DNA of 64,000 nucleotides, taken from contig OX597817.1 in NCBI GenBank assembly GCA_951406725.2, forward strand, positions 133,424,001 to 133,488,000, given 5' to 3'. The notes under the pieces were generated by a model. It did no database searches. It had not been told where the DNA came from and saw nothing but the letters and a program-made list of their open reading frames with translations. The DNA comes from Octopus vulgaris. Taxonomy: Eukaryota. Both the position numbers and the translations under genes were made by a program. How positions within the stretch are numbered: position 1 is the stretch's first letter; every line of letters starts with the position of its first letter. Shown here in pieces: positions 51,723 through 64,000 of this stretch.

Positions 51723-53751
51723 TACACATGCGAAGAGGAGGGTACTTTTGCACTTCCTCTTATAACATTTAGATCAATCAGAAACATTGTTCTATAGTGT
51801 GAACTATGTAGAATTCTCATAAACAATACATGGTGTACATTCTTATCATAAAGCTCTTAAGAAACCTATGTATTATATATGGATGTATACATATGTGTGT
51901 GTGTGTATGTATATAAGTATATGTTTATCATCATCATCATTGTTTAACACCTGTTTTCCATGCTGGCATGAGTTGGACAATTTAACATGGAGCTTACCAG
52001 CAAAAGAGCTGTCCAGACTCCAATTGCCTGTTGTGGCATGGTCTCTATAGTTGGATGCCCTTCCTAATGCCACCCACTTAACTGAGTGTGCTGGGTGCCT
52101 TTTACGGTGCAACCTGCACAGGTGCATTTGTGCAGTACCAGCATGGCTACTTTTTATGTGGTGCCAGTGCCTGAAAGGACAAGCCTGTATGTGTGGAAGA
52201 CAGTGATTTTACTTAGCTTAATGTATCTTATCAAGATCAACAAATTGTTACTTCTGGTCTCTTGTCATTTTCTCAGTGAGGCCCAGTATATATATCACAC
52301 TCACATCCATAATGTGTGTATATGCATATCCAGTATATGCTGTTGAGGCAGTATTAAATTAAAATACACATTTACAAATCATATTCAATGTATCTACACT
52401 GTTGATAGGCCTTTTACATCAGTATTTGTTCTGATATAATATCTCATATTGATGTATTGAGTTCAAGACAGTGCATATACATTATGTGTGATACATGTAT
52501 GATTTTTTACTTGTGTGTGTGTGTGGGGGGGACTTTTGGTAGAGATATACCCAGGAATACTAATTGTGGTAGAGATATACCCAGAAAGACAAGGCGGTGA
52601 AGCGTGATCTTCAAACTATGGGCCTCACAGAGGCAATAACTAGTGACTGAGACCTTTGGTGATATGCTGTGCTTGAGAAAACTTGTCAAGTCAAGTCAAA
52701 TCTTAGTTGTGGCTGATGCTGGTGTCACGTAGCTGGCACCCATACTAGTGGCACATAAAAAAGCACCTTTCAAGCATTGGGCCTCATGGAAGCAATAACC
52801 AAGACCTTTAACATTATGTCGTGCTTGAGAAGAAGACCCATCAAGCCAAGCAAAATCGCACTCGTAACAGATACTGGTGTCACACAAATGGCACTCATGC
52901 CAGTGGCACGTAAAAGGACCTATTACATTCTCAGAGTGACAGAGTTGGTGTGTGAAAGCACGTGGTTGGATGTATAAAATATAAAAAAGAGTGAAAAAAG
53001 AGTAGTTTTTTCACGCTTTTTTATTTTATATATCATCATCATCATCATCATTTAATGTCCACTGACCATGCTGGCATGTGTTGGACAGTTTGACTGGGGT
53101 TGGCAAGCTGGAAGATTGCTGCAGATACCAATCTGATTTGACATAGTTTCTACAGCTGGATGCCCTACCTAACGCTAACCACTCCAAGAATGTAATGGGT
53201 CCTTTTACATGCCACTGGCAAGAGTGCCATGTCTGTGACACCAGTATCTGTTACGAGTGCGATTTTGCTTGGCTTGATGGGTCTTCTTCTCAAGCACGAC
53301 ATAATGCTAAAATAAGTAAGACCTATCACAAAAATGGCTGGTCGTAGCCTTCACATATGTGGGTCTTTCAATCAGACAATAGCAATACTCAAACACGTTT
53401 GCAGCCATAATGTATGTACATGTATGGACAGCAGATGCAAAATGATGGTGATGTGCATGTTTATTGTGGAGACACAAACTGCTCCAACTAATATTACTAA
53501 GTATACACCCAAGATCAAGAAGGGGAAGCAAGCCCCAATGCAGTTATAAAACCCAATGCTAGAAATAGCTGCCAAATCTCCCTCATATTACACTCTATCG
53601 TAAAAAGAAAGTTATTGAACTTGTAATTCTCGAAGCAGTATGTACATCTGAACAAAGACTAAAGCTGAGAAAGTTGCAGCTGGAAAGAGCGATGAAGGCA
53701 AAACAATGACCTAGGGCTAAACAGCAACAGCTAAATATACTTTATCTAAAT

Positions 53752-54312
53752 CATAGGTTCTCAAAGTAGACGCTACTGCCCCCGCCCCGGTAGGGCATTG
53801 AGACGGTCCAGGTGAGCGCTGGTGCCTAAGGGGGCAGTTGAGAAAAAGGTGTTGGGAGGAAGGCTGTGGATTGGGGAACGCTATGAATTTATCATAATAT
53901 TATTATAGTATTGTATACAAATTATATATCATCATCATCATCATCATCGTTTAACGTCTGCTTTCCATGCTAGCATGGGTTGGACGATTTTGACTGAGGG
54001 CTGGCAAACCAGATGGCTGCACCAGGCTCCAATCTTGATTTGGCAGAGTTTCTACAGCTGGATGCCCTTCCTAACTTTTACATGCCACCGGCACGGGGGC
54101 CAGTCAGGCGGTACTGGCAACAACATTGCTCGAATCTTTTTACACATGCCACCAGCACAGGTGCCAGTAAGGCGGTATATTAAATATCAAATGATTCATA
54201 GTATACATAAATTAGTAAAATATTTATTTATACATAAAACGAGTGGGGTGCGCTGAGGGTATTATGTGGCCATGAGGGGTGGGGAGTGGCCCAAAAATTT
54301 TGGGAACCGCTG
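53752..54312. mobile_element. Non-autonomous hAT element with nested RTE-tail insertion
   Basis: Perfect 8-bp TSD atctaaat on both sides, with TIRs cataggttctcaaa / tttgggaaccgctg. Confidence 0.8.
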
Positions 54313-54338
54313 ATCTAAATGTTAAGAACTAAATTTAA

Positions 54339-55418
54339 CCCTTTCGTTACCAAACTGCCCAAAGCCGCCCGAAAAAAATTTTGATTAATGTGACCAAACT
54401 GCCCAAACCCGCCCGTATTTACCTATTAAATGAGAATATCAGAGCAAATCTCTTTAGTACATTCGTGAAAACATGTATTATACTTCGTAAACAGTTCAAC
54501 TACAGTTTTGTACAACAATCGAAGTGTAATTTTATTTCTGTGAATTTTGGGAGATTTTTTTCCGAAATTTGTTTCTATTGTGTTTTCAAAATTTGTAATT
54601 CTGACAAAAAATGGATACGAATTTCATTATATCAAGCAGCGAGTCAGAATTTGAAGGATTTTCTACTGAAGACCTTCATAAATCTAACTCTATGACTGAA
54701 AAAAAAAAAGCATGTGATATTTGATAATGAATCTGATGTTTCATTTTCCGAAAGTGAAAACAGTGAATCCGAGAGCTTCGACAGCGATAAAGAAAATGAA
54801 TTGGCACCTGAATGGAGTGAAAATTTAAAAACTGTTTCTTTCGGTGATTTTTCTGAAGAAACTGGACCAAGCCACAGACTTTCCCAGGAGAGTAAAGCCT
54901 TAGACTATTTCTTTTTACTTTTTTGAATGAGCCTATTTGAAATCATTACGGCAGAAACGAACCATTACGCTAAATGTAAACAAAGCGAAAGAAAGGATAG
55001 TTAGTGGTTTCCCACAACCTTAAATGAAATTAAGACTATTTTGCCATAAATATTATCATGGGTATCAGAAAGTTACCCAGAATAACAAATTCTGTCGTAA
55101 AATTTTGTTGTATACCCAATTGAATATTAGCTAATAACCCATTTTCTATAGCGATGTTTGAACAAAATTTTAATAATTTTATATTTTGTTGAATTTACCT
55201 GTATCTACCTGCAATTAGAGTCACTTTGTGACAAAAATTATAGTATAGAATTGGTTGAGAATATTTCATTAAATTATCTTCCAAAAATCAGATTAATATA
55301 TTGATAAATAAAAAAGTTATAGTTGTTTAATGAAACCAGACTAAATTTATGATTATGTTAGAAATTAATTGAAACACATAAGGGGTGCATTTTGGTCAGA
55401 AATATAGTAACGAAAGGG
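54339..55418 (+). mobile_element. Internally deleted piggyBac transposon
   Basis: TTAA|CCCTTTCGTTAC ... GTAACGAAAGGG|TTAA (perfect 12-bp TIR). N-terminal transposase relic FSEETGP..ALDYFFLLF..IITAETNHYA..WFPTTLNEI..IIMGIRKLP. Confidence 0.92.
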
Positions 55419-58400
55419 TTAAGTAACCTTCTCACATTTTCCCACACATACTATGCGCCAGATATTTATGATATTCATGTGCCACTAACTTATCTGTTTG
55501 ACCATAGCTTGTACATAGGTCTTAAATTTGTATTGTGTGTGTGAATGTTTTGCTAATAAAGATATTTAGTAAAATAGATACAGATATATCTGTGGATATA
55601 ATCTTTGTTAATGTTTTATGTGCTGAAGAAGCAACTACTTAATAAGTGTTAATGTTTAGGTCTTACTTAAGAGTTGCTGATGTAACCCAAACTTGGTTCT
55701 GATCTCATGAACTTATGATCAAAGGTAATCCAGTTGTGATTATTCCATCATTTTTTTTTTATTATTCCAGGTATAATATATCTCAAAATACATTAACTGA
55801 TGTCTCCTTTTTTTTTTTTATATTTTAGTGTCTTAGTTCACGGAGATGTGGCTGTTATTTCTAGCAGATTAATTGAGCAGATATAAACTGTTTTCTTTGC
55901 TCATTATTTTACAATGTTATTACGTTCTGAGTTCAAATTCTGTCAAAGCAAACTTTGCTTTTTCATCCTTTGAGAGTCAATGAAATAAGATGTAATTGGC
56001 TTATTCCTTCCCTCAAAAATCAAGACTTGTGCTTGTAATAGAAAGGATTATTTTACAGTGTTATGTAGATGGGAAACAACCTTTCTTAATACAGGACAAC
56101 AAATTCAGAGTATCCTGAGCAATATACCAAATGAAATGGTACCTCTTCTGGCTGTATATCAGTGCAGTGGGTCATATGGATTTCTTTTTCTTCCAAGAGA
56201 TATAAAACCTCAGTAGCTATATTAAATCTAAGATCTATGAAGCTAGAAGCTTATACATTATTCATTTGTTCATTTTCTTTCTGCCAACCTATGATAAATG
56301 TTTTTCTAACTTAGTTTTCTCAAAGTAGATGATGACCAAATGTTTTTATGATACTTGGACTTGATAAGAGAATCACCTAATTGAAACCCAAAAATAAATA
56401 CAAAAGAAGAGGTTAATAGTGCAGAAAAAAATCTTCTAATGTAATATTCATTGCTCTCATTAGCATCATTGGTTTTGTATCTGATTTGTTTTTTCATTCT
56501 AGAAAAGTTTTTCTGCTTAACAGTTTGTCTTTCTCATGTTTATTTCAATCTGATTATAATGTTATTTTAAATTTACTCTGGCTTACCAGTGTCTCAGTAC
56601 CTTCTTTGATGCCAGTTTGGAGGAATTTTACATGTGTCTTTCATCTGTTTAAATTTCATTTTAATAGCATTGTGGTTGATTTGGCATTATTTTAATATTC
56701 TTTATATTAGTCTGCCTTCTAATCTCTTAAGCATACCACTTGAAGAGAGAAAGAGTGAGTCAGGTTTTTTCTGTGTGTAAATAACTATAAAGACTATATA
56801 TTTCGCTAATGATCTTCTGTCTATTATGTATCTCTGCTACTATGCAACCATCTGTAATGTGTGTGTGGTATAATATCTATTTTTAATAAAAACTGCTCCA
56901 CTAAACACAATTTCATCCTGCTATAAAGCTAAAAATGTAAACTTTTACAAGTTTTACAAATTCAGCAATGATAGTGGTGTCAGGTTTGTGTAGATATTCT
57001 TTTCAGCTATTCTGTTCTTCATTCAGAAGAGGTCCCTTTTGGTTTAGGGTTTCCTCTGGAAATAAGGTTTTCTTTGCAAAAGAGACTTCAGGGAAAATAA
57101 AAGTTGTGATTTTCAGTTCTTTTATATAGGCACATTTAGATGCAAGTGAGGTGAAAAGATGTTTATTGATAAGCATAACATGATAATAGAAATACAAATA
57201 ATTGCTGACCCTCTGCAAAGTTCCACAATGGAGAACTACTTGTATAATTAGTACTCACAGAAATATTCTAGACTATATCCAAAAATTCATTCAACTAATT
57301 GCCTTAATTCACAAACAAACAAATAATTACTACCTCACAAATGTTGTGTTTCTTCTCCTTACTACAATGATCTCTGCTCTCTTGAACTGACTACATATAC
57401 CTCCATCCTTGTGGGTCATCCCATTTCTGGATGAAAAACTTAACCCATTGCCCAGTTTATCATCACTACCCAGCCCTTGGACACCTTTAGTAGAGTCCAT
57501 TCCATTGCAAGAATTTAGGCCAGGTCTCTGGTCTGAGGATAATATTACTTCCCATTAGTCTTGGTAGTGGTGGAAAGATCATGGGCATTTCCTTTTCTCC
57601 AACTGATCCAGAAAATATAACACTTGTTACTCTTCCTTTCATCATTTGAACCAGCACATCAAATCCATCATGACTAGCCCTACTCTGGGAGATAGATCCT
57701 ATTTCAGAACTATTGAGAGAAGTCAATGTGGTTGCTTGATCTACTAGAAATAGCAGCCAAATCTCTCAATCCTTCCTAGATACACAGCATCTGGAAGAGA
57801 AAGATGGAACAGTCAAGACTGAAATGTTTGACTATAAATCTATTTTATCAGAGCTGACATCGTGCTAAACACTATCATCATCATCATCATCACCATTTAG
57901 CATCTGTTTTCCATGATGGCGTGGATTGGACTTTCTACCATAAAACACAATATATTACAACCTATTATAAATAGCATTATAACACACTGCTCATATGCAT
58001 CATGCTTATTGATTGTATACCCCCTTTGTTACCATATTTCTGTTGAGATGCTCTGTGTTTCTTTCAATCAATTTTAAATATAGCAAAGAATTTAGTAGAA
58101 TAACTTAGTTATCATTAAGCAAGTGTTAGGAACATAAATTGTGACTAAAGTTTGGAGGGAAATTTTAATTCAGAACTTATGAAAACAAGACATTTGTACT
58201 ACAGAGGCAGTTTCAGCCAAGTTGGTATCAAAAGGGATATACAATGAAACTGAAGTATATCAAAGTTCATTGTGGTATATTGCTTTAACGTACAGCCTTG
58301 TACATACATGTCTAACCAACCACAAATGTTTGGGTATATCAGCAATGCTCTAGAAGGCCACTGTAAACTAAATATGTTAATGCTAACCTTTATAAACACT

Positions 58401-61400
58401 GAAATTTGAAAGTAGTTTTTTTATAGAAATTTCTTAATAAGTTGGGGAGTGTATATTGGTTGACTTCCACACATTTCCTCTCATGAGGTTTTATTGTGTC
58501 ATGGGTTTGAACCTAAAACTATTTAGTTGCAATGCAATGTTCTTACACAGTCATGTCTAATTCAAAGTTATATGCAAGCAACTATTTTCTTATTCTTTTT
58601 CTAACATTATCATTGTATGTGTTTGTGTATGTGTGTGTGCACATGCTTGTGTGTGTGTGCTTGTGTGTGTGTGTGTAAGTACACATGTAGTAAGACATAT
58701 GTAAAAAGAGAAAGAAAACTAGTGAGAAGACTAAGTGAAATTTGAACCTACAGTCTTCAACTAAGACGTCTGCTCTCTCTATTAAGTTACTATGCCACCT
58801 AGGAATTTTCTGTCTCTTTTATGACCTGTACATGTGTTGTTGGAAATATACAATAATCATTGATGGTAAATATTTGTGACAATAAATAAATGGTTTTATC
58901 ATTTACAATATTTAAATTATCTCAGAAACTGGATATGATTATTGTGAAGCGGAATAGGTATGTGACCTGCTTTTCAGTGAACCTTTGTTTCATGAATTTG
59001 ATAGAATAAGACATTCTGAGCAGGTATGTTAAGGATGTTTATGAGTATATATACACACACACACATATATATATATATATAGAGAGAGACTTATAATGGT
59101 TATAACACTGTTAAGGAAACAGTTAAATGACTTAGTCAAGAAAATGTATACACCATCTATGTGTGTAAATTTCATATCTAAATCTTTTAACACTCATTCT
59201 TATATGCTTTCATTCAATTTGAACTGAAAACATGTACGGTGTCATGTAAAAAGCACCCATTACACTGTGTAAAGTAACTGGTGTTAGGAAGGGTGTCCTG
59301 CTGTGGAGGCCAAGCCAAGGTAGACTATAAAACCTGGTGTGGGCCCTGACTTTGCTGCTTCTGTCAAGCCATCCAACCCATGCCAGCATGGAAAACTGAT
59401 GTTAAATGATGAGGTCTTAGACACAGAGAGTTGAAGAGGGAATGATGTGTATGTAAACACTTTTTTGTACTTATTCTGTTTCAAAATCAGTATAAATACC
59501 TTTATAATATATACATATTATTTGAATGTAAATCAGTGATTCTGAAATGATTATAGTTATTTCAATTTCATAATTAGATGTTCATATTTCCATGCATTTA
59601 TAAGTTGGATGGTTTTTTCCAACACATCTCGTTACTTGTTGCAGCCCTTTATGATCTCTTTCATGAGATTTAGCATGCAGGAAGTTGGCGTCAGAAACTG
59701 CCAAAAATGGAATGTCCAAACAAAGCATAGTCCTCTTTGTTGCTTACAGATGTGTAATAGCTCCCTGAACTTTTCTAACACTGTTCTTGCTCTCGTTTTT
59801 TCAAAACACTCTCATCCACTACAAATTAGATCACCTAGGTACTAGAAACTGTTAGGGAGCCCTCTGAGTATATTTGTATTTTATTGGGTCTTGCTGCTAT
59901 GCACTCCTGTGTATCTGTTGCAGACAAAATCCTCATTCTCTATCAGAGCCTGTGATCCTACTGCTTCTCTTGTGTACACATTTTACTTTGGTACATCATA
60001 TAGAATTCTTACCCACTTCTTTTCTCTATTTCAAGTATGACCACATTCAAGATGTCAGTAGATTCCTGTTTCTTCCCTGCTAAAAATGTTTGCGTTTGTT
60101 CAATTTATACTAAAATCTCTCCATTCTAATTTTTGCTTCTATGTTTGAAATTTCAACGAGAATTAAGTTATTACTATACAAAAGTTCCAATAGACCACTC
60201 ATCTTGCTACATTTGTTACTGACTTACTTAGCTGACAACACCTCTGTACAAGACTTGCATGGCTCTTAGAAGCCATTCATCAACACCTACTTTTCTTATT
60301 AATCAAAAGACCACAAAATGTGATATTCTGTGATATGCCATCTCCAAAGTAATGAAAACCTTAGCTATGTCTCTTTTACTTGTCTCACTAGAAGAGGGAA
60401 TCACTGGTACCCCGGCCTTGCACAAACCCAAAATAACTTTAGTGAAATGAAATTGTGTCAACTGATAACATATCTATCTACCCCACTGTTAAATCTATAT
60501 ATCTTTAAACCATTATTCTTTGAATAAACTATTATTCTTTGAATAAATGTAAATTGGACATTTTAGTAGTGAGTGTAAAGTTGGAGAATTAATCATGCTT
60601 TACTAACATAAAAAACTTTTAATGAAATTGAATAGTGATTCCATACCATAAAAGAAACCTGAGCTGAAAATGAAGTAAAGAAGGAACCTCTATATAGTCA
60701 ACCTACCAGAAAGTATTGCCAAATCTTACTCAAATTACACCCTACTAAATTAAATAAAAAAAGGACACACTGCTCTAATGATTCTGTTGCTTGATTGTAA
60801 CAATAGTTTGTTTTCAAATATTTTTATGAATGAAGTTATCTCTAGCGAGAAAAAATGAAATAAAGTGAAATATGGGAATCAAGGTTTAATGTCATCTATT
60901 ATCATTGCTGCCATTCAGCTGACCCGATCAGTTTTGTTCAAAAAAGGCCTGCAGTTATATACATGGCTACTCTAAATTTTCCTGATTCTATGAATGGCTA
61001 TCTTGCAAGCTGAGCTATATTTTGTCTCTCAGTTATGAATCTCATTTGTCATGAATTTAGTATTGTAAGACTGTCTACTTTGAATAATCATGAAGTTGCA
61101 TACTTTGAGCAATGGAAAATACTTGTACTATGCTAGCAGAAAGGAGAACATTATGTGTTTTAATGCTATAGAGACCTCAAATTTCTTAGCATGTCATATA
61201 CTGGGATTGACATATACTGTTATCATTTACTGACATTAAGAAACAGAGGTGAGTTTTTAAAGCAATGTTCTATTTGAAATTAATTGTTTGAGATTGTACT
61301 TCTTTAGGTGTTCTTCTGATAGACATCCTTTCATCATTACTCCTTACTTGATAACAGCATAAGTTTGTAGTTTTTCGCTTCTTCATTTGTTATAAGTCAT

Positions 61401-63693
61401 TTTTTTTTATTACCTCAACGCTGTTGATATCATTCTCAGTCTTTTCTATATTGTTCAATGGTACTCAATTTGTATCTTGATACATTTGTAAGCATATGGA
61501 GATATATTCCCATTAAAGACGGAGAAGTTTGAAATCATTTTTAAAGTTTTCTAAAATCTTCATATCTCAGCGTTTGTCTTAGTATGACACTAATTTTATT
61601 TTCTATATTGAACATAACATTAACTACAAAACTCATTAACTATTTTGCTTCTATGTTTATAGCAATGCTGGGACTTCTATGTTTATAGAAAATAGAAAAT
61701 CAAGACAACTTATAATTTTGACTCATGCTAAATCCTTTCAGTATATAAATTGTTGGTCAATACTTCATTGGTAAATGAGGCCAAAGACTAATTTCTTGAA
61801 AGGGGTCTTTATAAATCAATATTCTTGTCTTTTTGTATGTTTTGTTAATGAATTCTAAAGGCTTTTATGATTGCATTGATAGACATGAACTGCAGATATC
61901 AATTATTTTTTTTTTATTTATTGCTGTATTTGTAGCCACAAAATTATAAAAAATTATTCATCTTTAATAATTATCTTTCTTCCTTTATACTTAAACATCC
62001 CCTGTGTAAATATTAAAGACTTTCAAATTTAACCTTCCCATTATATTAAATGCAATCCTAAGAACTTGAAAGTAATGGTGACCTGCACCAACAAGGGTTA
62101 CTTCATTATAAAATTTTACTTCTAACTTAATAACTTGATGCATAAACAGCTATGCAATTAAATTATATTGTAAGTTATGGTCTGCTTTCATTCTAACAGC
62201 ATGTTCTTGCATGCCTTAAGAGACATTTCAAAAGATTAACAATTGGAAGGGCATATTACCATAAAAAAAGAAATGCTTCAGAGAAACATCTAATCCATGC
62301 CTACAACGAAAAGTAGAAAACACTGATGATGATGTTGAGTTTGCAATGTACAGTATCTAAACAGTGCTTACAAGAGTTCATTAGATGTTATTTGATTTGC
62401 CAAATGATTGATAAGAGTAATGATTCCAGCAAATTCGTTGGACTTAGTCAATAAAATCTGAAAGCAGTTGCTTTGTTTGCTTGTTGTATGTTAACATATA
62501 AGTGAATTTTGCTAGTTGTCTTTGCAATTGCAACTAGAAGAAATCTTGAAAAGTAGGGAATGTTATCTTGTTATTGAAATCTAATGCCTGTAGTTTCACA
62601 GATTACCACTCATACTTTTTTAAACCCTAGACATATCAAAAGATTCATTAAAGCATTTGAGCTGTGAATATTTTCTTTTATTCAAAACAACGATGCATTT
62701 TGTGGTGATGGATAGTTTCTTGTAAGTTTGAAAACATTTGTATCAATGATATCCTTCTATAATCAATAAATGTATGCTATCACTATTGTCATGATATCAA
62801 GCAAGATTCATAAAATTGTTCTTAACTGTATCGCGTTGATATTTCACTTGCTGGTAAATTGATGTGAAATATTTTTCTTCTACTTTTTCTTTTTAATTAT
62901 ATGCAACTCAATGCAAAATATTCACTCTTGTAGCACTTATTACGTTCTTTTTGTTTTGCTGATCATGAAAGATTTCAAAAGCTATATTGTTGAGTCGCAA
63001 ACAAGAAAACTTAATTTTTATATATCTACTTCGCCAGATTGATTTCCACCAACTTCCATTGTTCTTCATATTCCTTTACACATTTTTCAAGCATCTACAC
63101 GTGATCAGATGCCAATTCAAGTGCTTGTGGAGTTTTGAGTAACTTAATTTATTAGCTCTGACGGCCATAGATTGTTTTGTCTGTTTTCTAAATAAATTGA
63201 TCAACTACTGAAAATTCTGTACTACACTTGTCAAAGTCACAATAAGTGTCTAAAGCTCTTAATCTTGTCAAAAAGATATTTGATAATTCATTGGGTTTTG
63301 AGGCATACCAGAGAGCTATTTTTCAAATGTAAGGTACTTTTTGCGATACTTGCTGTCACCTCTAACAACACCCACTCCTACACAGAAAATAGCAGCCTTC
63401 GTTCTTCTCTCACCTTCCACAGCCAAGTGTAATCCACATGCAACCTACACACTTCATAACAAATCTGTACTGACTTCAGAAACAAAGATCTTAAAAATAT
63501 CCTGCAGTGGAGCTGTGCCAATCTTTTTCCATCAACAGGAAAAAAAGAAAAATCTGTCACTTCACATATCAAGAAAGCATTATCACACCTCATTCTCCTT
63601 AAACACAAGCAACACACTACTAGCACCCTTATTTCAGTTGTATAGCTTCAAGTTGAATTAAACAGCTTCAGTTAAATTCAAATAATTAGCTTC

Positions 63694-63979
63694 TGTTGTG
63701 GTGAGAGTCACAACACCCCCTGAGAGAATGGACTTAACCAAACGACTATAAATAGTAGTGGTCTGAGTGACAGAGAGAAAGAGAGAGTAGGTGTTAATCG
63801 CAGGAAGTCATAAGGTGTCGTTTTGGTAGTTTGTGGAATATCGCTTGTTGGTTTGTGTATAGTTCATGGAGAGTTTGTTGGATTGTTATGTTGTTGTTAC
63901 CTTGCTTTGTTCTATATTTTATTGTTACTACACAGTTATAGTGTAAACAAATATTGTCATAAATAGTGGCGATACTACA
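63694..63979 (+). mobile_element. Putative 5' LTR of a Gypsy-type retrotransposon
   Basis: TGTTGT...ACTACA ends and an internal TATAAATA. Followed by tggcaatgag at 63985, readable as a CpG-decayed TGGCGACGAG primer-binding site. The element runs off the window. Confidence 0.55.
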
Positions 63980-64000
63980 ATGATTGGCAATGAGTAACTA

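Noticed and set aside
57487-57726. 79-aa minus-strand ORF as a possible upstream Shal exon
   Set aside because: It has no resemblance to Kv4 T1 or S1-S5 sequence and no compatible phase 2 donor.
60900-63300. Possible decayed DNA transposon coding region
   Set aside because: It has coding-like texture, but I could not recover a diagnostic motif or termini by eye.

Overview
AT-rich, microsatellite- and transposon-dense eukaryotic DNA. The repeat content (Nin/Deu-domain tRNA SINEs, RTE 3' tails ending in (ATG)n) looks like a coleoid cephalopod, probably Octopus; that assignment is an inference. The window appears to lie inside a minus-strand Shal/Kv4 (KCND-family) voltage-gated K+ channel gene. 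Two exons are unambiguous: 41510-41672 (pore YGD plus S6) and 23710-23892 (proximal C-terminus ending in the HHHLLxCLEKTT di-leucine motif). The T1-S5 exon(s) and the distal C-terminal exon were not found and presumably lie outside the window. The main discovery is in the >23 kb downstream of CLEKTT, the junction where vertebrate Kv4.3 takes its long-isoform insert. There are two phase 0-0 exons 13 kb apart (21929-22045 and 8985-9104) that appear paralogous, sharing the pattern GLN..LP-x10-ExVLxWxxYxYxxE. Several further frame-preserving micro-exon candidates lie in the same interval, suggesting a cassette or mutually exclusive exon array that diversifies the Kv4 C-terminus. The same intron carries long fold-backs built from Penelope-type minimal hammerhead ribozyme repeats, one fused to a tRNA-derived head. 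The rest is transposon relics (piggyBac, hAT, Tc1/mariner, RTE, Dong/R4, Helentron-like, Gypsy LTR, SINEs) and simple repeats. All calls were made by eye, with no database searches.
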